Notes: generated by a model not told the origin, from the sequence alone. 34,022 nt of DNA from Alphaproteobacteria bacterium (GCA_030430795.1 JAUIJX010000002.1:1-34022), one strand, 5' to 3'. Positions 1 to 9,276 are shown, counted from the stretch's first letter. Translations and numbers: made by a program.

Positions 1-1
1 C

Positions 2-1204
<1,203 letters not shown>

Positions 1205-1243
1205 CGGTTGCATTCAATCACCGAAGCAGGTAAGCAACGGGAC

Positions 1244-2041
1244 ATGCCGATTCAGATCTCCACCTGGAACATCAACTCCGTACGCATCCGCGACCATCTG
1301 ATCGCCGCGCATATGGCCGAGACCAACCCTGACATCATCTGCCTGCAGGAGACCAAGGCACAGGATATTCACTTCCCCGAAGCAGCACTGCGCGCCCACG
1401 GCTTCGACCACATCGCCTTCAGCGGGGAGAAGAGTTATAACGGCGTCGCCATCCTCTCCAAGCTGCCGCTCAGCGACGTCACCACCACCGACATTCTGGG
1501 CAACGGCAGCAAGCGCCACATCGCCGCCACTCTGCCCGACGGCACCCGCCTGCATAATCTCTATATCCCGGCGGGCGGCGACATTCCCGACCCTGAGGTC
1601 AATCCCAAATTCGCCGAGAAACTGGCCTTCGTCGACTGGCTGATCGGCTGGTCCACCCATGAGGTCAACCCCAGGGAGAAGACCATCATCGTCGGCGATT
1701 TTAACATCGCGCCGCTGGAGCATGATGTCTGGTCGCACAAACAACTCCTGAACGTCGTCAGCCACACCCCGCCGGAGACCGAACGCATGAGCGAATTGCG
1801 CGACAGCATCGGCTGGATCGATGTCGCCCGCCACTTCACTCCAGCGGAAGAAAAGCTCTATAGTTGGTGGAGCTATCGCAACAGGGATTGGAAAAAATCC
1901 GACCGCGGACGCCGCCTTGACCATATTTGGGTAACACCCGCCCTCAAAAATACACTACAAAATTGTACTATATCGAGACATGCGCGTGACTGGGACAGCC
2001 CGTCCGACCATGTGCCTGTGACTGTAACACTCGAGATATGA
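1244..2041 (+). CDS. xthA: exodeoxyribonuclease III / AP endonuclease
   Basis: ExoIII-family blocks STWNINSVR, ICLQETK, NGVAILSK, VGDFNIAP and SDHVPVTV. ATG 1244 (MPIQISTWNIN) fits XthA N-termini better than the TTG at 1208 used by the ORF track. Confidence 0.88.
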   Translation: MPIQISTWNINSVRIRDHLIAAHMAETNPDIICLQETKAQDIHFPEAALRAHGFDHIAFSGEKSYNGVAILSKLPLSDVTTTDILGNGSKRHIAATLPDGTRLHNLYIPAGGDIPDPEVNPKFAEKLAFVDWLIGWSTHEVNPREKTIIVGDFNIAPLEHDVWSHKQLLNVVSHTPPETERMSELRDSIGWIDVARHFTPAEEKLYSWWSYRNRDWKKSDRGRRLDHIWVTPALKNTLQNCTISRHARDWDSPSDHVPVTVTLEI

Positions 2042-2055
2042 TATAGAGGGAACCC

Positions 2056-3072
2056 ATGAAATTTGCCTGGCCTGCCGCCTTACTCGTATGCCTGCTACCA
2101 TTTTCCGCATCCGCCGTGATGCTGAAGCAGCCCATCGCCTGCGACATGGGAAAGAACTGTTTTATCCAGAAATATGTCGACCACGACACCTCACGCGGTT
2201 GGATCGATTATAAATGCGGCCATCTCAGCAATGACGGCCATAAAGGCACCGACTTCCGCCTGCTCGGCATCCCGCAAATGGATGCCGGAGTGAACGTGCT
2301 GGCCGCCGCCGCCGGAGAAGTGATCGGCGTCCGTGACGGCGTCGCCGACGTCCTCTTCCGTCATGCCGATAAGAAGAAAATCGCCGGCAAGGAATGCGGC
2401 AACGGGGTGGTGATCAACCACGATAATGGCTGGCAAACCCAGTATTGCCATATGAAAAAAGACAGCATCGCGGTCGAGAAAGGCCAGAAAGTAGAGCAAG
2501 GCGCCGTGCTGGGACAGGTCGGCCTCTCCGGCAACACCGACTTCCCGCATTTGCACCTGACCCTGCGTAAGGACGGCAAGACCATCGACCCATTCACCAA
2601 TCGCGGCATGGAATCCGGCTGCGGGCTCTCCGGTGCTACCAACTGGGAAGAAAAAACACTGGAGAAGATGGAATATGTATCGCCGGGGCTGATCGGCATG
2701 GGCTTCACCGACAAGAAACCGACCAATGAAAGCGTGATGAAAGGCGAAAACAACGCCACCGAATTACCGTCCGACGCGCCGATGATGCTCTTCTGGGCAC
2801 AAATTTACGGCCCGAAAGAAGGCGACACCATGACCGTAAAACTCCACGGCACCGAAACCGGCACTCTGGCGGAGAGCAGCCATGTCTTTACGGGAAATAA
2901 GGCGGATTATCTGATGTTCGTCGGCAAACGCCTGAAAGAAGAAGCCTGGCCGCAGGATGCCTACATCGGCACCATAACGCTGACCCGCGACATCACCGGC
3001 AAGGAAACGGAGCTATTGCGTGAAGAAATCAGCTTCGGCGCCGCACCGGGCGGCGAAGGCGGCGGACATTAA
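2056..3072 (+). CDS. secreted M23-family metallopeptidase with an unassigned C-terminal domain
   Basis: Signal peptide (LLPFSASAVM), M23 zinc motifs HKGTDFR (HxxxD) and PHLHLTL (HxH), and GAGGG 5 nt upstream of the ATG. The last ~150 aa match nothing I recognise. Confidence 0.85.
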   Translation: MKFAWPAALLVCLLPFSASAVMLKQPIACDMGKNCFIQKYVDHDTSRGWIDYKCGHLSNDGHKGTDFRLLGIPQMDAGVNVLAAAAGEVIGVRDGVADVLFRHADKKKIAGKECGNGVVINHDNGWQTQYCHMKKDSIAVEKGQKVEQGAVLGQVGLSGNTDFPHLHLTLRKDGKTIDPFTNRGMESGCGLSGATNWEEKTLEKMEYVSPGLIGMGFTDKKPTNESVMKGENNATELPSDAPMMLFWAQIYGPKEGDTMTVKLHGTETGTLAESSHVFTGNKADYLMFVGKRLKEEAWPQDAYIGTITLTRDITGKETELLREEISFGAAPGGEGGGH

Positions 3073-3103
3073 GAACGTCGCAACACGTACTTAATCAAAC
3101 ATA

Positions 3104-3212
3104 CCACGAGATGGGAAATGGAGCGAAAATGCGCGCTTTCCGAGAACCGGAAGTTCCAGTGTACGTATGTGTACATGAAAGCCGGAAGCGCAGGAAAGCC
3201 GCATTTGCAGCC
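3104..3212. repeat. family-1 structured intergenic repeat, copy A (second copy at 22394-22500)
   Basis: Colinear similarity to 22394-22500, including identical blocks CGAGAACCGGAAG and CCGGAAGCGCAG. The outer arms 3123-3141 and 3193-3208 are inverted repeats around a central small hairpin. Confidence 0.7.
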
Positions 3213-3250
3213 CATTTAACGCTCGTGCCCGGCAAGGGCACTAAAAAAGC

Positions 3251-3475
3251 CTAGTGAAGAACCATCGGCGTCAGGTTGAACTGACGAGCAGAGTAGAACG
3301 CCGCTTCCTGCGTGGCGAAAATCGCCAGCTGCGCACCATCCTCGGTGCATACGGCATAACCGAATCCATCCCCGACATGAACGGGCTTGATATAGGTAAT
3401 AAAGGATTCTTCCTGCGGAGCGGCGACGACATCCATATCCTGTGATTCATCAGAATAATTATTCATGTTTGTCAT
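3251..3475 (-). CDS. small DUF1150-like protein
   Basis: 74-aa acidic protein (..ITYIKPVHVGDGFGYAVCTEDGAQLAIFATQEAAFYSARQFNLTPMVLH) resembling alphaproteobacterial DUF1150. Start placed at ATG 3475 because GGAGGG lies 6 nt upstream; the ORF-track Met at 3520 has no SD. Confidence 0.65.
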   Translation of the reverse strand: MTNMNNYSDESQDMDVVAAPQEESFITYIKPVHVGDGFGYAVCTEDGAQLAIFATQEAAFYSARQFNLTPMVLH

Positions 3476-3577
3476 CGAAGTCCCTCCACATATATTGTTC
3501 TCATTGATTGATAGAAACACTATATCATCTCTTTATACCCCCGTGTGTGAAACTTCTGTGACAGTCGCATTACGTTA

Positions 3578-3774
3578 GTATTTGCTCCTGCGCTGCACTG
3601 CTGTTACGCGCAATGAGCCTAACGCACTTCGTGCGACTAAAGAACTCGGTCTCCTGACCTCGCGTCGCGTTCCAAGCGAAACCCAGCAAGGGAAAAAGCG
3701 AGGCAAGCAGGCCGAGCGAGCCTTCAGCCCGCCCATTGCTAAGCGCAGCAGGCGCGTGCAGGGGCATAAAAAAG
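3578..3774. repeat. family-2 nested-palindromic intergenic repeat, copy B (other copies at 7690-7923 and 9730-9839)
   Basis: Left end GTATTTGCTCCTGCGCTGC is the inverted repeat of right end GCGCGTGCAGGGGCATAAAAAA. Inner arms CTCGGTCTCCTGACCTCGC and GCGAGGCAAGCAGGCCGAG also pair. The core 3645-3728 matches the reverse complement of 7735-7830. Confidence 0.7.
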
Positions 3775-3826
3775 ACTATACATCCCCTGCCAGTTTCGAT
3801 AAGCAAGGGCTGAAAGGGGACGCAAC

Positions 3827-5548
3827 ATGACCAAAACCTACGGAAAATCAACGCTTGTCAGCCGTTACGTGACACAAGGCCCGGAACGTGCGCCGCACCG
3901 CTCTTATCTCTATGCTATGGGACTGGGTGAAAAGCAGATTAACCAGCCGTTGATTGGGGTTGCGACCACCTGGAATGAAGCCGCACCGTGCAATATTTCA
4001 CTGGCACGTCAGGCGCAGGTCGTGAAAAAAGGCGTTTCCGCCGCCGGGGGCACCCCGCGTGAATTCACCACCATCACCGTCACCGATGGCATCGCCATGG
4101 GGCATCAGGGCATGAAATCCTCCCTCGTCAGCCGCGAAGTCATCGCCGATTCGGTCGAACTGACCATGCGCGGCCACTGCTATGACGCACTGGTCGGACT
4201 CGCCGGATGCGACAAATCCCTGCCCGGCCTGATGATGGCGATGGTACGCCTGAACGTCCCGAGCGTCTTTATGTATGGCGGCTCCATCCTCCCCGGCCAT
4301 TACAAGGGCAAGGACGTCACCGTACAGGATGTGTTCGAGGCCGTCGGCCAGCATTCCGCCGGCAACATGTCCGAAGACGACCTGCACGAGCTGGAATCCG
4401 TGGCCTGCCCGTCTGCCGGTTCTTGCGGCGGCCAGTTCACCGCCAACACCATGGCCTGCGTTTCCGAGGCCATCGGCCTTGGTCTACCCGGCTCCGCCGG
4501 TATGCCCGCACCGTATGAGGCACGCGATAATTATGCGTTTGACTCCGGGGAAGCGGTCATGCGCCTGCTCAAAGATAAAATCCGCCCGCGCGATATCGTC
4601 ACGCGCCAGTCGCTGGAAAACGCCGCAGCCGTGGTTGCCGCGACCGGTGGTTCCACCAATGCCGCGCTGCGTTTGCCCGCCATCGCCCATGAATGCGGTA
4701 TCGCCTTTGACATCCACGATGTCGGCGAGATTTTCCACAAAACCCCGTATCTGGCCGATCTCAAGCCCGGCGGACAATATATCGCCAAGGATTTATTCGA
4801 AGCAGGCGGCATCCAGATCGTCATGAAAACCCTGCTCGAAGGCGGCTATCTGCACGGCAACTGCCTGACCGTCACCGGCAAAACCGTAGCCGAAAACCTG
4901 AAAGACCTGCCCTTCCCGACCGATCAGAAAGTCGTCTATCCGCACGACAAACCGATCACCCCGACCGGCGGCGTCGTCACCCTGAAAGGCAACCTCGCCC
5001 CGGAAGGCGCGATTGTGAAAGTCGCCGGACTGAAGAATCTGAAATTTTCCGGCCCCGCCCATGTGTTCGAATGCGAGGAAGACGCGTTCAAAGCCGTCGA
5101 AATGAGAGACTATAAAGAAGGCGAAGTGCTGGTGATCCGCAACGAAGGGCCGAAAGGCGGCCCCGGCATGCGCGAGATGCTGGCCACCACCGCCGCACTC
5201 TACGGACAGGGCACCGGCGATAAAGTTGCCCTCATCACCGATGGCCGCTTCTCCGGCGCCACCCGTGGTTTCTGTATTGGGCATGTCGGCCCGGAAGCCG
5301 CTGCCAAAGGACCAATCGGCTTGCTCAAAGACGGTGACATCATCACCATTGATGCCGAGACGCGCACCATCGAGGTCGACCTCTCCGACGAGGAACTGGA
5401 CACCCGCCGCAAGGACTGGCAGGCACGGGAAAATGACTATGCCACCGGCGCACTCTATAAATATGCGCAAACGGTCGGCTCCGCGGAAAAAGGCGCGACC
5501 ACCCATCCGGGCGGCAGCTCCGAGAAACACGTCTTCGCGGACATCTAA
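3827..5548 (+). CDS. ilvD: dihydroxy-acid dehydratase
   Basis: 573 aa with IlvD/Edd family blocks: [61 protein letters not shown] upstream. Confidence 0.95.
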   Translation: MTKTYGKSTLVSRYVTQGPERAPHRSYLYAMGLGEKQINQPLIGVATTWNEAAPCNISLARQAQVVKKGVSAAGGTPREFTTITVTDGIAMGHQGMKSSLVSREVIADSVELTMRGHCYDALVGLAGCDKSLPGLMMAMVRLNVPSVFMYGGSILPGHYKGKDVTVQDVFEAVGQHSAGNMSEDDLHELESVACPSAGSCGGQFTANTMACVSEAIGLGLPGSAGMPAPYEARDNYAFDSGEAVMRLLKDKIRPRDIVTRQSLENAAAVVAATGGSTNAALRLPAIAHECGIAFDIHDVGEIFHKTPYLADLKPGGQYIAKDLFEAGGIQIVMKTLLEGGYLHGNCLTVTGKTVAENLKDLPFPTDQKVVYPHDKPITPTGGVVTLKGNLAPEGAIVKVAGLKNLKFSGPAHVFECEEDAFKAVEMRDYKEGEVLVIRNEGPKGGPGMREMLATTAALYGQGTGDKVALITDGRFSGATRGFCIGHVGPEAAAKGPIGLLKDGDIITIDAETRTIEVDLSDEELDTRRKDWQARENDYATGALYKYAQTVGSAEKGATTHPGGSSEKHVFADI

Positions 5549-5630
5549 GCCCTGCAATTGTCACCAAAACGTCACGGGCGCTTGCCCGGCGGTGCTGCTA
5601 TAGTACCCCCTATAACCGGGAGATACACAC

Positions 5631-6392
5631 ATGAGCAGCAACAAGCCCCTACTGGAACTGGAAACTGAAGCACTGGCAGCCATCGCCAACCTGAAAGATA
5701 CCGACGGTAAGCCGCTGGTCTCCACCGACAATGTCGAACGCGCCAACAGCACCGGCCCGGTGCGCGCACTGAAAGACTACGTCACGCGCTATGAAAAAGA
5801 AGTCGGCACCTTACCGGAAGAGGCCGTCGCCATCATCGCCGAAGGCTTTCCGCAGGTGGCAGAATCACTCCGTGCAGGCAATGACATCAAGGAAGCAACA
5901 CGCAACGTGGCCGTAACCGATGAACTGGCGGCACTGACCTCCCTGCGTACGCTGACCACGACGCTTGGCTTCGAAGACGCCAATACCCGACTGAGTTTCA
6001 GCCGTCTGGCTGCCGACAATGTTATCGAACCGTTCGAGGCACTGCATCAGTATGTCAGCAAACGCGGTACACAACTCACGCCGGAAGAAGCAACCGGCCT
6101 GATGGAACAATTCCCGGCACTGCGCGAAGCGGTAGAAGCGCAGGCAGGCAAGCCGGTCGATAAACTATCACCGGCAGCACTGGAAGAGGCAATTAAACGC
6201 GCCAAGGATGAATATGTCGATATTCTGGGCGTCAAGCCGAACAACCAGATTCCGGTCGGTGTCTCACTCGACAATATTCTGGGTGTGGAAGACGTTAGCC
6301 CGGCGGATGATGTCAAACCGCTGGAATTGCCGGAGGATGTTAAACCGCTCGAACTGCCAAAAGAACTACAAAAAAAGCCCATCGAGCTTTAA
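5631..6392 (+). CDS. hypothetical protein (acidic, no signal peptide, C-terminal DVKPLELP tandem repeat)
   Basis: 253-aa ORF with host-like codon usage and GGGAGA SD 7 nt upstream. No family recognised. Confidence 0.6.
   Translation: MSSNKPLLELETEALAAIANLKDTDGKPLVSTDNVERANSTGPVRALKDYVTRYEKEVGTLPEEAVAIIAEGFPQVAESLRAGNDIKEATRNVAVTDELAALTSLRTLTTTLGFEDANTRLSFSRLAADNVIEPFEALHQYVSKRGTQLTPEEATGLMEQFPALREAVEAQAGKPVDKLSPAALEEAIKRAKDEYVDILGVKPNNQIPVGVSLDNILGVEDVSPADDVKPLELPEDVKPLELPKELQKKPIEL
6308..6361 (+). repeat. 2 x 27-nt in-frame tandem duplication (DVKPLELPE / DVKPLELPK)
   Basis: gatgtcaaaccgctggaattgccggag followed by gatgttaaaccgctcgaactgccaaaa. Four of the six differences are synonymous; the other two make the single E/K change. 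Confidence 0.9.
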
Positions 6393-6401
6393 CAACGGCG
6401 A

Positions 6402-6887
6402 TTAATCCCGGAAGTTCTGATACTGAAGCGGTAGCTCCAGCCCCATCTCCTTGACCATAGCGATGGCATCCTGCAGATCGTCGCGCTTTTTGCCCGACAC
6501 ACGCACGGCGTCACCCTGAATGGACGCCTGTACCTTCATTTTCTTATCCTTGATCGCCTTGGTGATCTTCTTCGCCGTCTCAGCATCGATCCCCTGCTTG
6601 ACCACCACCTTCTGACGCAGCGTATTGCCTGACGCCGCTTCCGGCTTCCCGAAATCGAGTGCCTTGGCATCGAGGTTCCGACGCGTCACATGGCCTTTCA
6701 GCATTTGCTCAATCTGGTCGCGCTTATATTCATCATCCGCCACGATGGTAATGTCCGCTTCCTTGCGTTCGATGGAACACTGGCTGCCTTTAAAGTCGTA
6801 GCGCGTGCCGACCTCACGCTGCACATTGGACAGCGCATTGTCGATCTCCTGCAAATCGGTCTCGGATACAATGTCAAAACTAGGCAT
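6402..6887 (-). CDS. yajQ: YajQ-family nucleotide (cyclic-di-GMP)-binding protein, UPF0234
   Basis: 161 aa starting MPSFDIVSETDLQEIDNALSNVQREVGTRYDFKG, the typical YajQ N-terminus. GAGGAG SD upstream. Confidence 0.9.
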   Translation of the reverse strand: MPSFDIVSETDLQEIDNALSNVQREVGTRYDFKGSQCSIERKEADITIVADDEYKRDQIEQMLKGHVTRRNLDAKALDFGKPEAASGNTLRQKVVVKQGIDAETAKKITKAIKDKKMKVQASIQGDAVRVSGKKRDDLQDAIAMVKEMGLELPLQYQNFRD

Positions 6888-6960
6888 GATAGGTACTCCT
6901 CAATGGTTGAGGAAACCTAGCAGCGCAGTAACAGAGAATCAAGACATCAGCATCACTCTT

Positions 6961-7037
6961 GTCATTCCGTGGCGCGTGTTTTTGCCATGCAAAAACCGTG
7001 AGCCCAGAATCCAGATTCCCGCTTACGCGGGAATGAC
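6961..7037. repeat. GTCATTCC...GGAATGAC palindromic element (family 3)
   Basis: Terminal inverted repeats gtcattcc (6961-6968) and ggaatgac (7030-7037). Internal hairpins gtttttgc-cat-gcaaaaac and ttcccgc-ttac-gcgggaa. When translated it gives the IPAYAGMT-type junk peptide seen in many alphaproteobacterial genomes. Confidence 0.6.
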
Positions 7038-7052
7038 AGTGAATATCAACGA

Positions 7053-7646
7053 CTACCGATTGCGCGTAAAGTTGGGATCGCGCAGGCGAAACAGTTTGTT
7101 GTCCAGCTCCAGCCCGTACTCAGCGCCGGAGAGAGAAATATTGGTCTGCTGGTCGCGGCTGTCGCGCAGGATCATGTTCCTGAGCTGCATCGGCTTCTCG
7201 GTGAATTCCAGCGTCAGCTCACCTTCATCCGGGCGCCGCTTCTGCCGCACTTTCACCCGCACCACCCCGTCATGCGCACTGGCTTCCAGCACCTCGATCA
7301 CTTTGGGGTCGAAACGGATGTCATCCTGCGCCAGAAATCCCGCCAGCGTATCCTCTAACGGAATATTGCTGACCTGCTCCAACTCGTAATCGTAATATTT
7401 CAGCGTATCCCCGGTCGAGACCATCAGCACCGGCACCGGCGGATCATACTGCCAGCGCATCTTGCCCGGCCGCTTGAGAAAGAACGTCCCCGTCGCCAGC
7501 TCACCGCTCGGCGCAATCTGCACGAACTCGGCCTTGATGGTACTGAGACCCTGCAGGTAGGATTCCACCGAACGCAACAACCCCTCATTCGCCGCCGCAG
7601 CGGAAAGAGGCATCAATAGAAAGAGACAGAAAATCAGTCGAAGCAT
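7053..7646 (-). CDS. lolA: outer-membrane lipoprotein carrier protein LolA
   Basis: Signal peptide followed by LolA-like blocks (LSTIKAEFVQ, GTFFLKRPGKMRWQYDPP). There is no purine-rich SD; TATACT lies 8 nt upstream of the ATG. Confidence 0.85.
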   Translation of the reverse strand: MLRLIFCLFLLMPLSAAAANEGLLRSVESYLQGLSTIKAEFVQIAPSGELATGTFFLKRPGKMRWQYDPPVPVLMVSTGDTLKYYDYELEQVSNIPLEDTLAGFLAQDDIRFDPKVIEVLEASAHDGVVRVKVRQKRRPDEGELTLEFTEKPMQLRNMILRDSRDQQTNISLSGAEYGLELDNKLFRLRDPNFTRNR

Positions 7647-7664
7647 AAGGAAAGAGTATAGCGT

Positions 7665-7687
7665 TTAGAGGGTAGAGTCTAGAGGGT
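7665..7687. repeat. direct repeat TAGAGGGTA-N5-TAGAGGGTA upstream of lolA
   Basis: Two perfect 9-mers at 7665-7673 and 7679-7687. Function unknown, possibly an operator. Confidence 0.5.
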
Positions 7688-7689
7688 AT

Positions 7690-7923
7690 TCGTTTCTTGT
7701 TTCCGCGAAAATCTCCTGATTTTCGCATGAAACGAGCTCAAGGCTGACTCGGCCTGCTTGCCTCGCTTCTTTTCCCTTGCTGGTGCCTTACATGGAACAA
7801 GAAACGCGAACGCAGTGAGCAGGAGCCGACTGGCGACCGGCGATTATTCGCCGTAAAGATTGCGGAGCGGTCGTGTAAGCACGGAGCGAAGCATCAAAGT
7901 CCCGCGTGCAGGGGCATTAAAAA
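7690..7923. repeat. family-2 nested-palindromic intergenic repeat, copy D
   Basis: Contains CTCGGCCTGCTTGCCTCGCTTCTTTTCCCTTGCTGG, the reverse complement of the copy-B core. Internal inverted repeat cgtttcttgtttcc / ggaacaagaaacg. Right end CCGCGTGCAGGGGCATTAAAAA matches the copy-B terminus. Confidence 0.7.
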
Positions 7924-7924
7924 T

Positions 7925-7976
7925 CCCCCCAAAACTAGAAAGAGGGCGCACCCTTACGGATAACGATCCCTCTTTC
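7925..7976 (-). terminator. possible intrinsic terminator of the lipoprotein gene
   Basis: On the minus strand, GAAAGAGGG-(21 nt)-CCCTCTTTC is followed by TAGTTTTGG. The loop is long, so confidence is modest. Confidence 0.35.
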
Positions 7977-8023
7977 AGGTTAGCCTAAGCTAACAACTGA
8001 CCGAAGTCAGTATTCTTGGTTCT

Positions 8024-8341
8024 TCATTCGAGAACTCGTGAACATCCGTTCTCCGAGAACTTCGCGGCCAAGCCAGCAACATATCCCGCTGCCTTCTGGC
8101 CGGTCGACCCATCATCAGCGGCACGCACGATTCGACAGTCGAACTGCAAGTTACCCTCGGTAACCCGCTTTTCGTAGACGAAAGTGTTGTTCTCGCCTCT
8201 CTTTGCATCAACCTCTCCGCGATTGACGGAAAGTTCAAAAGCCTGATAGGCGAGATCTGCCGCGCTTGGCCCACTGGTTGTTTGGCATGCAGCCAGCAAC
8301 GCCAAGAAAGGTAGCAGAACCACAAGACCACGCATCCGCAT
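8024..8341 (-). CDS. small lipoprotein, unknown function
   Basis: MRMRGLVVLLPFLALLAAC gives a signal peptide with lipobox LAAC. GGGAGA lies 6 nt upstream of ATG 8341; ATG 8347 and 8335 are alternatives, and the ORF-track start 8425 is unlikely. Codon usage looks T/A-ending compared with its neighbours. Confidence 0.6.
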   Translation of the reverse strand: MRMRGLVVLLPFLALLAACQTTSGPSAADLAYQAFELSVNRGEVDAKRGENNTFVYEKRVTEGNLQFDCRIVRAADDGSTGQKAAGYVAGLAAKFSENGCSRVLE

Positions 8342-8446
8342 GATCATTCTCCCATAGATACGGTTCTCCTCCGAAGGATTTCGAAGGCTAAACCGGTTCC
8401 AAAACACATAGAGTGTAGAACACACCTATTTTACCACAGACAGTGT

Positions 8447-8461
8447 TTAACCATTGATTAA
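8447..8461. promoter_or_regulatory. perfect CtrA-type box TTAA-N7-TTAA
   Basis: ttaaccattgattaa lies in the divergent intergenic region between the lipoprotein gene and the 234-aa ORF. Confidence 0.45.
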
Positions 8462-8571
8462 AAGGTGTAAATTGTCACAGAATTGTAACAATAAGAGGTT
8501 AGGGATTAGAGGCTGGAGATAAGGGATAGTAAACCCTATACTCTGGCCTTTAACCCCTGTACTCTAACCCT

Positions 8572-9276
8572 ATGGCTGATAAACGAAAACTGGCAACCAT
8601 CACCAACCCGATGATCGAGGCGGCGACCGGCGGGCTGTTCCGTTTCAAGGAAAAGACCAAGGCACTGGAAAAACTGGAAGCCATCAGCAAACATTTCGTC
8701 ACCGCGCGTAACCAACCCGGCGACAGTGATACATTGCGCCTGTGGATCAAGGGCTATGCACTGACGGACAAAGAGCGCAAACAGGGCTATCGCGGTCATT
8801 TCGCCCTGCTCAGCTGCATCCGCGTCGATGATACGCGCTGGACCATCACCGCCACCAAGGAAGCGGTCGACCTCAAGCAGCACCCCGAACGCAAACGCAG
8901 CTATGGCGCCCAGCCCGACTGGGGACACCCGATCCTGCGCGAGATCAAAAAGCAGAAGCAATACGCCACCATCGAGGAAGCGGAAGAATACTTCATTCAG
9001 TTGCATGAGGCGTTTCCTGACGCCTCCATCCCCGGCCACGGCAAGCTCTATCTGATGGTCTATGAACGCCTGCGCAACCCGGCCATGCCGGTACAGAAAT
9101 ATATTTTCAAGATCATCCCCGCAGTTGAAGGCGCAGAAGACGGCCCGTTCATCATCCATTACATCGCCAACCCTAAAGCCAAAAAAGCCCCCACGGTGCG
9201 GAAGAAACCAACCGTCGCGCCCGAACAGCGCGAAGGCTATTTCGCCAAGATGGTCAGCCGCAAGCGCAAGAAGTAA
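8572..9276 (+). CDS. hypothetical protein with a lysine/arginine-rich C-terminal tail
   Basis: 234 aa with host-like codon usage (ctg/atc/gcc/aag). The tail is KAKKAPTVRKKPTV..SRKRKK. No SD; TGTACT lies 8 nt upstream of the ATG. The mirrored 250-aa antisense ORF looks like a shadow. Confidence 0.65.
   Translation: MADKRKLATITNPMIEAATGGLFRFKEKTKALEKLEAISKHFVTARNQPGDSDTLRLWIKGYALTDKERKQGYRGHFALLSCIRVDDTRWTITATKEAVDLKQHPERKRSYGAQPDWGHPILREIKKQKQYATIEEAEEYFIQLHEAFPDASIPGHGKLYLMVYERLRNPAMPVQKYIFKIIPAVEGAEDGPFIIHYIANPKAKKAPTVRKKPTVAPEQREGYFAKMVSRKRKK

Noticed and set aside
3570-3851. 93-aa (minus) and 82-aa (plus) ORFs upstream of ilvD
   Set aside because: Both lie within the family-2 palindromic repeat. 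Reading the same palindrome in both directions produces these ORFs, and there is no SD or family resemblance.
6805-7389. 194-aa plus-strand ORF spanning the yajQ-lolA spacer
   Set aside because: It runs through the GTCATTCC palindromic element (source of the IPAYAGMT peptide) and then antisense to lolA. The composition is Ser/Arg-rich junk.
3645-7840. Apparent inversion of the repeat core between copy B and copy D while the termini keep the same orientation (invertible switch?)
   Set aside because: The element is itself a long palindrome whose two ends are inverted repeats of each other. Core orientation relative to the termini is therefore ambiguous, and no recombinase gene is nearby.
7990-8331. 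113-aa alternative minus-strand frame overlapping the lipoprotein gene
   Set aside because: It is Trp/Cys/Arg-rich with no signal or motif. The other frame gives a clean signal peptide plus lipobox.
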